From the NCBI GenBank assembly GCA_017654855.1, contig CM030332.1, forward strand, positions 744,001 to 808,000: 64,000 nucleotides of DNA, given 5' to 3'. The stretch comes from Podospora anserina (Eukaryota). The notes under the pieces are model-generated. The model was not told the origin of the DNA. It made no database searches and saw only the letters and a program-made list of their open reading frames with translations. Of the stretch, positions 38,866-51,650 are shown piece after piece. How positions within the stretch are numbered: the stretch's first letter is position 1; each line of letters begins with the position of its first letter. A program made the position numbers and the translations under genes.

Positions 38866-39708
38866 AGGAGATATAAGGAAGATAAAAGATATGGGATTCC
38901 GCTTGGTGCAAAATGAAAATGGACGGGGTTTGGGCAGTCAGCCCTATTGTAACATCACTTCTAGAAAGATTCCCTGTGGTCCACCTGGGGCGATATGTCA
39001 AAATGTCGTGTATTTGGCAAGCGATTATGTTTATTATGGAAAATACTGGGACAGAACATGAGCCTTTTTCTCTGTTCGTCACTACTGCAAAACGATAAAA
39101 ATTGATTGCTATAGAAGCCTCCGGTTCCTGATCTAGGCCAGTGGTTCTCATCCAGTCAGAGTGGTGTTGAATCAGGAATTGAGACTTGGTCGCAGCCCGA
39201 TGGCACCAAAAACGGTCTGGTGGCAGCTGGGCCAAGGCATGGCACCAATGAAATCACTCCTTCTGACAGTGCCGGCGCATTCTTGCCCCACTTCCACCTA
39301 CGCTACCCGTTGCTGCCCCACTTGGCCCTATTTTGTATCTCTGTACTCTTGTAAACAAATGGGTCTTGATCGCGTCTCCCCCAGCTTTGTCACCGTCACC
39401 TGCTGTGTGCATGAGGAGAGCCCGCCCTTCGCGACGTTCCCTGTCGCCATTGCCCTGCAACGCGACTCTGGCTTTCAGCATGCGACTGCCTGCCTTGCGA
39501 CTGCATTCGACACCCGAAGCGCTTGCCTGAGTTTTGTTTACTTTGCAGCAACTCCTGCGGCCCGGACGTTACCCGTCGTATTGTTGACATTCGACCTCCC
39601 TTCCAGTGTTATTTTTCTCTGTTCCGTTTGTTGCACTTGCTCGGATTCCCATCTTTTGCATCCCCCCCACGACACGGCGCTCGACGCGCTCCCAGCAGTT
39701 AGCCCAAC

Positions 39709-42700
39709 ATGGACGTCAACAGCAATAGGTCAAATCATCATCAATCTAGCAAACCACGGCATATATCTAGGTTAAAAAAGGAGATGCTCGAGCACCGCAT
39801 TCAGCACAACCCCTTCAGCTCCCCGCCATCCTCCACAGGTTCCCACGATACTGTTAGCACCACGACCGAGGAACTCACCCGAAATCTCTCCAATTTTTCT
39901 TTCAGTCCGGACGGCGAGGGCACCCGCCGGCTCAGCGAAGACTTCACCAACCCGGCCAAGAGGCAGGCTACCCGATCTGGCCGGTTCGGTTCCTCAAGGC
40001 AACCTCGTGATACAAACACCGTACTTAACACCTCGGCCATCGCGCGCACCTTCCCCGAATGGAGCGGACTTCTCAACAACAAGACCAATAACCAGGACAA
40101 GGACACGGCAACGCTGACCCAGACGTTCGACTTTGCCGGAGTAATAAAGCCTCTCACAAACGGAGCCAACGGTGGGAAGGAGAATGTCCCCCCCGCCAGA
40201 GAGGTCACCGAGGAGCAGACTTTTGACAACCCATTGGACTCGAGGAAAAAACGAACCCGGGCTGATATGCAGGCCCGTGTCGAAAATGAATCTGAATGCT
40301 CTACAGTACTCTCATTATCGATGTCTCCAGGTCGGCATGGGCGCCGGTCCCGTTTCCAGAACCTGGATGGTGTCATGTCTCCTGAGGCCCCCAAAAGGTC
40401 TATCCAAGACATGGTTTCCAAGATCCGCACCGAAAAGCAGAACAGCCGGCGCGACATGACGCCACGAAAGTCTTTGATGAGGGAACCTTCTACTGCACAG
40501 CCCAACCCCGACACTCTCCAAGGCCAGAGTTTCGAAGAAGGCCGTTCGTTTTTCCTGCCGGGCTTCCGACACCTTCCTGATTGGACATCCGGTACTCTCA
40601 AGTTCAGCACCATGCAGAACGGCGTTCCTGTTTTCGTCAAGTCCAAGACTGGTGTTAGGTTTGACCAGTCGGCGAATGGTCACGGCGCTCTCAACTCCGT
40701 GAGCATTCCCGAGGAGGACGTGGAAATCTTTGTGTCAATGGATAAGCTCCAAGACGAGGTGCGCGAACTCCAGGATCACGACGCTATGCTCCAGCGTGAG
40801 GCAGAGAAGTTGCAGCGCGAGGTGAACCATCTCCAGTCTGAGCTCAAGAGGTTCAAGAGTAGGCACCCTTCGGACAGCGCTATCGGCTCTGACACGGACG
40901 GTTCCTTTAGGCGCAGCAATGGGCATGACCAGGAATTAGAGGGTCAGATTCAGGAGCTGCGGGATCGTCTCAACCATGCGAGTCAGCAAGTTGGTATGAA
41001 TGATATCCACAGCGCCGCGCTCTCTGCTGAGCGTGATGAGGCGTTGCGTCAGGCATCGATCGCTCGCGAGAGGGCTGCTAAACTGCAAGCTGAGCTGGAG
41101 GCATCACAGAAGGATCTCCAGTACTCGCTGCAGTTCCGTCAGGATAAAGAGTCATTGCAGCTTGAGAATGGCATACTCATGTCTGAGGCCGAGGCCATGC
41201 AAAAACAACGGGATGAGGCCATGCATGACAATGCGACTTTGATAGCAGAGAACGATAGGCTTCGCAGGGAACTAGCTGGGGTCCGGAAGGACCTCAAGGC
41301 TACTCGTGAGGAGCTTGCTTCGGTTCGCAAGCAATACGAGGCTCTGAAGGGGGAAAGGAAGATGTTCGTCGATGATCACAAAAGTATGGAACGGAACAAT
41401 GACACCTACTTTAAGGAGAACAAGAAGCTTCAGGCACAGGTTGCCGCCCGGGACCAGCACATCACTGATCTTAGGAAGGGTATCAGCGCCCGTGACAAGA
41501 TCATTGATAGCATGCAGGGTCTGACCACGGATACCGCTGTGCTTCAGCTGAATGCGGACCTCGAGGTGGAATTGGAACGTCTTACCAACCAGATGGAGGA
41601 GCTCAAGGACGACATTCACGAGAAAGACAGCCACCTCAACGACAGGGAGACCCGTATCCGTACGTTGAAGGATGAGAACATGGAGATTTCCATCGACAAC
41701 GAGCGCCTCAAGGATGAGAACCGGCGTTTGCGGGAGGAACAGAAGGAGATTGAAGACCAGTGGGTGGACGAACGGCAAAAGGTCGTTCGGCTGAGCCAGA
41801 TGCTGAACAGCAAGTCATTGAACGACAATGAGGATTGTGTACGCTTGGGAGATGATTTCAGGATCAAGGAAGCCGAGCTCCAGCGCAAGCTTGATCGCCG
41901 GGAAGCCGCCGTCAGGAAGGTCAAGCTGCTCACCGCCAAAATTGCCGAGATTGCTGAGCAGGAGTTTACGGCGCTTGCGATGAGGACGACCAAGGTCAAG
42001 GTTGTTGATCCTAAGGATGTGGATGACTTTACTGGCAAGAGCAGCAACATGCACATCGACGAGGATCCCACAACCGAGCTCCACATGAACGCCCAAGACA
42101 CGGACTTTGCCAGTGTCATGGAGGGCGAGCTTGCCAAGCTCAAGCAGACATATCAGGACCTTCAGCGTCGACAGCAGCAAGGCGATACCCAGCAGTTTAC
42201 CGACTACTCTTTACCCCAGCTGCCTAGTCTTCAGCGGAGCAAATCTGACAGTGTTGTTTCATCCAAGATTGCTCAACCGCTTCCTGGTATCCTTAAGAAG
42301 TCTAGTCAGTTTGCCCCGTTGGAGGAAGACACCGGTCGGTTCAGCGTGCGGTCAGCTATGAGCTTTGCCAGCCCGCTCGACGACGAGTCTGTTCAGATCA
42401 CGCAGAACAACACCCGCCGGTCTGTTGCGAGTGAGGCCACCCGGCCGGAGTCTAGGATGCGCCGGAACTCAGAGAACACCACGACTCAACAGCAGCAGCA
42501 CACAGGGACGGTAGAGCCCAACATGACTTCTGCGTTTTTCATGCCTGACATAACCCTGTCCGGCGGGAACAAACAGCAGCAAGCTGCCTCCTCGAAGCAA
42601 CAAAGCAACGTCCCCTCCCTCAGCAAAGACGCCCGGCGCGTGTTGGACGGTATCTGCAACCACAAATCAGGCAACTGCAACGTCTGTGTCCGCATCGCGG

Positions 42701-43203
42701 CGCATGGTGCCTCGGCCAAGGAAACCACCCAAAACCTTTTGTCGACCAAACTTCAACTCTCAGCCGAAGAACTCAAACGCGGCAAGAAGACCGTCTCAGT
42801 CGAGAAGCCCGTCCCGGCCTCAGACAGGTACTACACCGACGAGCCGACCATGCGCCCCTCGATGTCACCGGGGGAAGCCCTCGCTATTCTAATCAAGGAG
42901 ACCCAAGACGAGATTGAGCACTTGCAGATGGAGCTCAAGAGGGTGAATGAGGGGTATTTCTCGTTGGACAAGTCGGTGGGTGCGAGGGAGAGGAAGAGGT
43001 TGATGGGGGAGATGAAGAGGTTGCAGGGGGAGCTGGAGGCGAAGAGCGGGCAGCTGTACCGGTTGCACGATGTGCTTGAGGGGCAGAAGCAGGCTGGCCA
43101 GGTTATGGAGGGGGAGGTGGTTGATGTTACGGTGCTGGAGGGGCTGCCGGTGAGGGTTGAGGGGGGGGGAAGGACGGAAAGTGTTTTTGAGGGGTTTGAA
43201 TAA
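39709..43203 (+). CDS. Coiled-coil spindle pole body protein, Ppc89/Cep57-like
   Basis: 1164-aa intronless ORF; long coiled coil, MTSAFFMPDIT, H-x4-CNVC and C-terminal EPTMRPSMSPGEALAILIKETQDEIEHL (resembles the Cep57 microtubule-binding region). Confidence 0.8.
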   Translation: MDVNSNRSNHHQSSKPRHISRLKKEMLEHRIQHNPFSSPPSSTGSHDTVSTTTEELTRNLSNFSFSPDGEGTRRLSEDFTNPAKRQATRSGRFGSSRQPRDTNTVLNTSAIARTFPEWSGLLNNKTNNQDKDTATLTQTFDFAGVIKPLTNGANGGKENVPPAREVTEEQTFDNPLDSRKKRTRADMQARVENESECSTVLSLSMSPGRHGRRSRFQNLDGVMSPEAPKRSIQDMVSKIRTEKQNSRRDMTPRKSLMREPSTAQPNPDTLQGQSFEEGRSFFLPGFRHLPDWTSGTLKFSTMQNGVPVFVKSKTGVRFDQSANGHGALNSVSIPEEDVEIFVSMDKLQDEVRELQDHDAMLQREAEKLQREVNHLQSELKRFKSRHPSDSAIGSDTDGSFRRSNGHDQELEGQIQELRDRLNHASQQVGMNDIHSAALSAERDEALRQASIARERAAKLQAELEASQKDLQYSLQFRQDKESLQLENGILMSEAEAMQKQRDEAMHDNATLIAENDRLRRELAGVRKDLKATREELASVRKQYEALKGERKMFVDDHKSMERNNDTYFKENKKLQAQVAARDQHITDLRKGISARDKIIDSMQGLTTDTAVLQLNADLEVELERLTNQMEELKDDIHEKDSHLNDRETRIRTLKDENMEISIDNERLKDENRRLREEQKEIEDQWVDERQKVVRLSQMLNSKSLNDNEDCVRLGDDFRIKEAELQRKLDRREAAVRKVKLLTAKIAEIAEQEFTALAMRTTKVKVVDPKDVDDFTGKSSNMHIDEDPTTELHMNAQDTDFASVMEGELAKLKQTYQDLQRRQQQGDTQQFTDYSLPQLPSLQRSKSDSVVSSKIAQPLPGILKKSSQFAPLEEDTGRFSVRSAMSFASPLDDESVQITQNNTRRSVASEATRPESRMRRNSENTTTQQQQHTGTVEPNMTSAFFMPDITLSGGNKQQQAASSKQQSNVPSLSKDARRVLDGICNHKSGNCNVCVRIAAHGASAKETTQNLLSTKLQLSAEELKRGKKTVSVEKPVPASDRYYTDEPTMRPSMSPGEALAILIKETQDEIEHLQMELKRVNEGYFSLDKSVGARERKRLMGEMKRLQGELEAKSGQLYRLHDVLEGQKQAGQVMEGEVVDVTVLEGLPVRVEGGGRTESVFEGFE

Positions 43204-46200
43204 TTTCGTGGGGCATAACTGGGCTAGGTAGGGAACAATGGGCAAGGATAACAACATTTTTCAAGGGAGGGGGAGGGATTGTAAGGATATTATGGTTGTT
43301 TTTCTGGTGGGGTTTGTATTTCGAATAGGGTATTATAACTTTGGCAAAGGCTGGGTTTGGGCGTTTTGGGATTCTCTTTTGTTGTTGTTTGTGATAGGTG
43401 GTATTATGCTAGGTTTAGTTATGCCGGGCAAAACAGTGCGGAGGATAGCAGGCAAGGCGAGCAGGCAAGGCAGAGCAAGGCATGTGTGCATCAGCAGGCA
43501 ATGAAAAAGATTTGTTCTTTAGTGTCTTGTCTTCAAGAGTCCTGCTTCGTCTCTTGCCCGCCACCTGGGCTATAATCTTGTCACCTAAACGGTATCTGCA
43601 ATGAAGTCAAAGTGACAGTTCTCGCCGTAAACTTGCATTCAGCCTCAAAGAGACGGGACTGTGCCAAAAGTCTGGGGAACATCGCACTCGAGTCGCCCCT
43701 TCCAGCGTCGGACAACATGTGCCAAGCTCCTTCCCAAAACAGAACAGGAACGTCACCTCAAGGCAGCGGCGGTGACCTTGGGTTGAATTTTTAGGACTTG
43801 AGAAGGAAGTGGCAAGTGAGTGAGCGTGCTTTTCATGCTTTTCATCTCATATATGAAGAGATATGATAATGCAATGTCCATGGCCGCTGCTCTGAGTACC
43901 TACCCAGGCATTGAATCCGATGTGAAACCTCCCCCAATCGTATATCCTCACCGCACCTTCCGAGTGAAATTTAGAAACTGACTTTTGACAGGTTGTAATT
44001 CCTGGATTTCTCACTTCTTGGCGCAGCGGGAATCACCTCATCGTGAGAGCATCTGCCGTGGGCTCAATGCAGAGACGCCACATATTCGATAACCAAGGCC
44101 CGGTCTCACCCTCCTGCAGTAGCCAGGACACGTTCAGGTGACGCTGTGGTCAACTATTTCCCATCGGGCACCTACACGCACCCACGCTCCTGTGACGGGA
44201 TAGCGTCACTGAGCCTGTGCAGCTGCAAGTGTTCAAGACTATCGCCGACCTAGGCCTATTGGTAAGGATAGGAAGAAGCTGTCAGTTCTCTCTTTTGCCG
44301 TACCGTCGATCCTCGATCCGACTATGCGTCTCAAAGCCTTACCAAATCCGGAGTCCCAAAGAGCCCGACCCAGATTTCAATGTGACCCACCTCCCCGACT
44401 CCCGACGGGACGAGGTCCTCCGAAACGGAACACACCGAGACCCACATCGCCGATAGCCCCACACCGAAGCCCGGGACATCCATCGGGCTTTGGCTGCGAT
44501 GGTCGAGAACTTGTTGCAAACTTGTGCTTCGTGGATGTTATCCTCCGATCACCTTTCCACATGGTGCGGGTCCGAACTGATCATAGTAGACGAAAACTCC
44601 GACAGAAACCCCTCAGAAACACCCGGCCACGACACAGTACCGGAGCAATGCCATATCGGCGGGGTTGGTTGGAAGCACCAGACCTTTTTCTCAGCACACC
44701 TCCTTTTCGAATGCAGTACCCCACATTTGGACACAACCCTTTCTCCTGGCAGCGCTGCGGCTGCATATGGTGTGAAGACTTGTGCATCTCCTAAAGGCCC
44801 ATATATCCTATCTCGTTGCATGTGTAACGGCAAAGATATCGATTTCCAATTTTAGGTGACAACCCATATGATCGCCACGGAACCAACGATGAGGAACCTG
44901 TCACCCCTCACCGAGTTCGTCCAACTGCCGAGCCATTAGGTTCACACAGTCTAGACGACCTCGTGATGCTGATGATGATGAGCCAATGCAACCAAAAATC
45001 CTTTGCTGGCCGACTGCTTCTGGGGTGACACAAGGTCCATATAAATTCGCATGAGTACGACACCAGGCGCGTGTGATAGTGAGGGCGGTGATAACGTGGC
45101 CCAGGACAGTGGGAAAGCTTCCATTACTGGAATGTGGATACCACTCTAGCTATCCGACACTTGGTACAAAGATTCACAAAGGAGCAAACCCTAAGCCGTC
45201 TCTTCTCTCTCCGCCACTCTGGAAACAAATCACATTCAAGAGTTTGAAAACTCTTAGTGCAGATAGGCGTTTGTGACAGCGGGAGGTTGTGGAGCTCATG
45301 AGCGAGGTTCCGGCCCCATGTGGACTGTGCTTTCTTTCGGACTTGTTGTCGGGAACGGCGCCCGAAGTTCGGCTGCTCGCCTGCCGCGGCAGGGAAAAGG
45401 ATCGATCTCCAGATTGATTACACCGCCGATGTGCTGATCCTGGATTCGGCTGGCGCCCATGCCACCAACCCATGTTCCCTTCCCTTCCTCACCGTAGTGG
45501 TGTGAGTGGCAGTCAACAATCCGGACAGGGGCAAAACCAACCCAAGATTCCCGATCTTGGCAGGCCCCAAGGAATTCGAATATTGAAAAAAGCAATATGA
45601 ATTACATGACGGGGCACGCACACGCATTCGCTAGCGCTTGCTGGCGCACACCGTCTCTTCCAATGTTCAAGTGACAGATCACGAGAGTCTCCCCCTTCCC
45701 AATCTTGTTTTGTAAGCTCGGTCAAGCTCTCATGATCACCACAAAGGCGGGCTACCATCAGCCAACGCCGCGAGCCTTACAAACCTTACAACAACGCTTA
45801 TGTTAACCCACTTTGTTGACCTCAGCCGCATTGGTCCAAGTCTCGTCTGAAAGAAGGAACCGGCTCCGTGGGACACAACGTGGCCGAGGTGTGTGAGACT
45901 CCTGTGCCGCTCCCATCATCACGACCGGCCTCCAAGCTTTCCGTTTTGTGACCCCTTTCGCTTGTTGGGGGAGCCTCTTGCTGAGGGATTACGCAGTGGA
46001 CAGCCAACTTAGCCGTTACCAAAGGTCACCCTCCTCTTACACCGCCCAATACTTTTCCAACTCATCGACTCGGTCCCTCAGTCACCTTATCCTCCAGTCA
46101 ACCTTGCCACAACAAGCCGTCCTCGGATCTTTTCCCAATATATTTTAAGCCTGGACTTTTTGCCCCTCCACACCGACGCCAAACATAGAGCCGCTTTATC

Positions 46201-47494
46201 ATACTCCAAGCCCATAGCATCAGCCAGAAGACCAGATTCGTGTTCGGGTTGGGCGGCGCGTCGTCGTTCGAGGTGACCTCTTGTGTACGCTGGTACCACA
46301 TCTTGTCCGCTTGACGGTCTCACATACCTAAGGAGAACCACGGATTTTGTCCAGCTGGCCCAAGCTCTCACAGGGACGCGGCAAATTCTTCCTGTCGTGC
46401 TTGCATTTGTCACCTCTGCCGGTCGAGGCAAACCTCTCTATTTTGAGAGAGGAGCTGTCCCTGCAGTTGGACGGAAGCACCGGCTTCGGAGGCTCAGAGT
46501 AAGCGGCAAAGAATCCGAGAGGCTCTCTCTCTCACGGGGGGTGTGAGAGTCAGTTCAACAGCACGTACCCAGCAATCTCGCTGGATGATAGAATTGGTTC
46601 TACCAGTTCCCATCTATCCTGTCCCACTGTTTGTTCTGTTAGCCTTGCGGTGACGGGAAATATAAGTTGACACACACAGCCGGGTTCTGTGGATCACGAC
46701 TTACGCGACAGGTGTTGTGTGGTGTGTGTGTGTGCGTCTTGTCAGACCTTCCCAGTCGGTTGACAAGCGGAGCAAGCAGCAGAGGAGGGACCCCGGACAT
46801 TTGCTTTGTTTGCATTCTCTGTCTCTCTCTCTCGTCTTGCATGTGCAGCAGGTTCCGCGGGACTGGGAACACATAGCCAGGGGAACCCACTGTACCTTTT
46901 GCTTTGGCCCAATCCAGGGTCAACACGCGATTTGGCTATTCAGACAATTCGGGGGGGGGGCGTCCGGAGTGAGAAGTCCAAGGCTGTTGAAAGTTTTCCC
47001 CTATCTAGACAAGCTTTCTTCTCTGCATTGCTCACACGGCACAAGACAACAACTACCATCGCATTATTTTCTGTTGTCTCAGATTTTCGGACGGAGAAGA
47101 CCAGATCTTCCATTGCCACGGGTTCTTTCTTCTTTGAGTATTCACTCTCGGGCGATAGCTTAGCACAGACAGACAGGTCCTTTGTTCGATTGCGTGTACC
47201 TGCCTGGCGGGTGGTGTTATCTTTCCTCAACTGAGACTTTGCAACAAGACTCCGCGGTTTGCACTTTCTGAGGTCCTCTCGGCGGGTGTTTGTGGCAACG
47301 ATTTCAAAAGGAAAGAGCGAGGAAGGGTAACCCGACGGAGGAGATTGAGCTGTGGAACACGCATACTTGCAACTTTTCGGCAACAGCGAACGGGTCTGAA
47401 TCATCAAGTCAGGCAAGGCCGAAGGATCTGGTCTGGAAGGGTTGCCTCTTTCTTTCGCCTACCTATCTCGACGGGACGGCTTACTTTTTCCAAC

Positions 47495-47500
47495 CACACA

Positions 47501-47540
<40 letters not shown>
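47495..47540. repeat. (CA)n microsatellite, about 23 units with one interruption
   Basis: Directly visible, about 290 bp upstream of the ABC transporter ATG. Confidence 0.95.
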
Positions 47541-47544
<4 letters not shown>

Positions 47545-47826
47545 AACATACAACACCTCCGACAATCAACGAAAGGCAGCACGGAAAAGGCCAAAAAAAA
47601 ACATCCTCGTGTCATTTTAGGCTTCCATCTGCCTTACCGTATACCATAACTTTAACTTCTTCTACGACGATCGAAAAAGGAATCCATCTTTTTACTTCCG
47701 CTCTGTGTTGCTATCTCGATTGCACGTTCGAGAACGACCAGTTTACACAGCAACAAGCAAACAAACGATATATAATCTCTTTTATTGGCCGAGGCTAGCC
47801 AGCCCTCTCTATAAACCCAACACACA

Positions 47827-50800
47827 ATGGCGGACCCATACGACGCCGACGTCCCAGAAGAGGAGAGCCCAATATTCCGCCACCTCCTCGCCTCGCTTCA
47901 CTACGGATACCCAGCCGCTGTCTTCATCTACTACACCATCTCGTCCACCATTGCGGTTTGCACTCTCCAGACCCGGTCCACCGCCGAGTCCAAGGACCAT
48001 CCCCGTCGCAGGTTCATCTCTTGGCTGTTGATGCTGGGCATTCTGAGTTGGTTTGCTCAGCTGGGATATCTACTATTTGTGGCGGTTGCCGAAGAGAAGT
48101 TCCCCCCGGCGGAGCAGGATGTCATCATCGGCTTGCTGAGCTGCGCGCTGGTGTTTGGGGTGCAGTTTGCGGGGCTTTGGGAGGCGGAAAAGGCGGTGGT
48201 GCTGTGGCCGTATATGGGGAGTGTGGGCATGGGGATGGTTTTTGAACCTGTTTTGGTTTGGTTGACTTGGAAGACTAGGGTGGAAACTGGGGGGTTGGGA
48301 TTCAGGGAGATTTTTGATTTCTCGGCGGCTGGGGCGAGATGGGCTGCGTTTGGGTTGGTATTGATGTTTTATTTTGAGGGGGTTTGGAATGTGAAGAGGG
48401 AAAAGGCTACTGATATGGAAAGGCAGGGCTTGCTCAACAAGACGAATGGACATGTGAACGGGGTTGAGTCGGATGGGGAGGAGAGGAGCCAGAATGGGTA
48501 TGGGGCTACGTCGGATAGTTCTACGGATGCTAGTCAGAGCCCGACTACTGATGCGGTTGAGTCTCCGTGGGAGAGGAGGGAGAGGCAGGCAAATGAGGCG
48601 ATGGAGAAGAGGTTGAAGGAGAAGGGTAACTGGGTTACATACGCGAAGAGTTTCTTGGTATGTCTGAATAGTTTGTGGATGCTGAGGTGAAGCTAATGTG
48701 ACACGGATGCAGGTTTTCTTCCCTTACGTTTGGCCTGTCAATCATCGGTCGCTTCAGGTTCGCGTTGTTCTTGTTGGTGTTTGCTTGCTCGCCATGAACG
48801 CCATCAATGTTTTGATCCCGCGGCAGATGGGCATCATTATGGACAGTTTGGCTGGTGATGTGGACAGAAACCCCTGGACCGAGGTCATGATATTTGCTGG
48901 TCTGAAGCTGGTAGCTTCCGAAGCAGGTCTTTCCCTCTTGCGACAGTGGCTTTGGATTCCGGTTGAGTATTACTCCTTCGATGCTATGAGCACGGCGGCA
49001 TACTCCCACGTCCTTAACCTCTCGTCCGATTTCCACGATTCGAAGAGTTCTTCCGACATCATGATGGCCATTCAGTCTGGTCAAAGCATCTCCAACATGC
49101 TCGAATCGATTTGTTTCCAGGCCGTTCCCATGCTGATCGACATGACAGTCGCCTTCATCTACCTGTCGTATACCTTTGGACCGTACGAGGGCTTCATCAC
49201 CATTGCTACCGCGGCCGTGTTTCTGTATATTGCCACTCGGATGATTTCGAAGCTCAAGTCTGCGAGGAGGGGTGAGGTCAGCGCCTGGTTCAAGGAACAC
49301 TATGTCAGACAGGCTGGTATTCAGGGATGGTCAACGGTCACCTGCTTCAACCAAGTTGGACATGAGGAGGCAAGATACTCGGAGGCTGTCAAGGATCGGG
49401 TGGCAAAGTCGCAGAAGGTGTACTTTGGCTACGTGGTTGCTTATGCTTTCCAGTTCTTGGTGTTACTGTCGGGTTTGCTTGCTGGTGCTTTTCTGGCGGT
49501 TTACCAGATTACACATGGCCAAGTCACACCCGGAAAGTTCATCATGTTGCTGACGTATTGGGCTCAGCTGGTGGCGCCGCTGACCTTCTTTGCTGGGCTG
49601 GGCAAGACGATAAGCAAGGATCTTATTCACGCCGAGCAGCTGTTGGAGATCATGCAGACGAAACCGACCATCAAGAACAAGGAGGGGGCACCGCCACTGC
49701 ATTTCACCGGCGGGAGGGTCAAGTTTGATAATGTGTGCTTCTCGTACGACAAGAAGAAGGAGATCTTGAGGAATATCGACTTTGAGGCCACGCCCGGGAT
49801 GACGGTTGCTTTTGTTGGGGCAACGGGGGCGGGAAAGTCGACGATTCTGAAGCTGCTGGATCGGTTCTATGATGTGACGAAGGGAAGCATCACGATTGAT
49901 GGGCAGGATATCAGGGATGTGGATTTGTTCAGGTATGGTACCAACGAGCTGATTAGATACGAGGGTAATGCTAACGACGTGAACAGCTTGAGAGGACAAA
50001 TCGGCATTGTTCCGCAAAGCCCGATCCTGTTTGATGACACCATCATGAACAATGTCCGGTATGCGAAGCTCACGGCGACAGATGAGGAGGTCCATGAGGC
50101 GTGCAAGGCTGCTAGTATCCATGAACAAATCATGGGATTCTCGGACGGTTACAACACTCGGGTTGGGGAGCGTGGTGTCAAGCTTTCTGGGGGTGAGCTT
50201 CAAAGAGTGGCGATTGCAAGGGCCATCTTGAAGAGGCCGGCAATTGTGCTCCTCGATGAGGCTACCAGTGCGGTCGATACCGAGACTGAGCAGAAAATTC
50301 AGGAGGCATTGAGAACCCTTTGCAAGGGGAGGACCACTTTTATTGTTGCGTAAGTTTTGCTGAAATGGGAGACAAGGGGCTAAAGTGCTGACGTTGTTTT
50401 GATAGGCATCGACTTTCCACTATCATGAATGCTGACCGCATTATTGTTGTTGGCGGAGGAGAGATTGTCGAACAGGGGAGCCACGAGGAGCTGATCCTGC
50501 AAGAGGACGGCAAATATGCCGAGCTCTGGTCGAAGCAAATTTTTGTCAAGCCCAAGGACAGCAAGGATTCGACTCCGGACGGCACCAAGTCCCCGGTCAA
50601 GGGACGTAAAGCACCGAATATCGTCAATGACCTGAGCGCTGAAGCTACCAACTCGGTGCTCGCGAAAGTGACAAACAAGCCAAGTGTGCAGACGAATGGA
50701 GACGCCACGAAAGATCCGAACAGCGCTGTAAACGGCTCCGTCGGCTCGGAGAACACCAAACCAGCGAGTGGTGCGGTGAACGGGCACAAAAAAGAGGTAT

Positions 50801-51650
50801 GATTGATAGAATCCTGTTTGCACTGAAGGGAATGTATCGGGCTCTATATATATCGTGACATATATATCTAGATACATGGACTTTTTGGTGGCTCGGGGTT
50901 CTATCTTTCCTGGCCTTTTCTAACCCCGTGTAGGACACTTCGTCGTCGTCGAGCCGCTTGAGGCTGAACCCTGGTGCTCCGACCTTTATGCCTCGCATTA
51001 GCACAACCACTCCGTCTAGCCCTGTTGGAAGGGTAGTGGATCGGTCATTTGGAAACGACAGCCCGCGGGTTGTACCTTTGACTACTACTCCTGCACCGCC
51101 TCCTTCACCTGTTGCCCCCCTTCCTCGTGGACTTGTTCCACCGCCTGGGGTCATCCCGCCGAACCACCACGTTCAGTTTTTTGCCACGCCAGTGGTTATG
51201 GTTCCTGCTGGGGCGGCGGCAACGCCATATCCGCTGTTTCCACCCGGCGGCGGGTTGCCTTTGTCGTCCTCGTTGGGTGTGAGACAAACGCAGCAGCAGA
51301 GAGGAGGGCAGGATGTCAAGCAGCAGTACTGGGGAAAAGTCCCGTCAACCGTGGGAATGATGGGTATGGGATTGACCACAACTCCAAGAAAACCGAGATT
51401 AGATTGGAAGTCGATCTCGCCGCGGACACCTGAGAGTGATGACGAGGAGGATGAGGACGAGAAGGGAAAGCGGATATGTTTTGATGATGATGAGAAGAAG
51501 GGGAAGAAGGGGGGTGGTGATGGGGATGATGAGAAGGATGGAGAAGTGAGGGGATACTTCCCGTTTTATTCGAGGAGGATTCAGAGCAAAAGTGAGCCGA
51601 GTGGTTCTGGGCAGGGTGTCAGTCGGTCTCCTACCGAAGTGGAGGAGTGA
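47827..51650 (+). CDS. HMT1/ABCB6-like ABC half-transporter; short form stops at 50802, spliced long form runs to 51650
   Basis: N-terminal TM extension, ABC membrane domain, Walker [10 protein letters not shown], signature LSGGELQR, Walker [18 protein letters not shown]. Introns 48658-48712, 49933-49986, 50350-50405 and optional 50797-50933. Confidence 0.9.

Noticed and set aside
39801-40646. Long antisense ORFs (also 29801-30637, 49463-50203, 52517-53287, 57900-58544, 60310-60939)
   Set aside because: Shadow frames of GC-rich real genes on the opposite strand, with no independent motifs.
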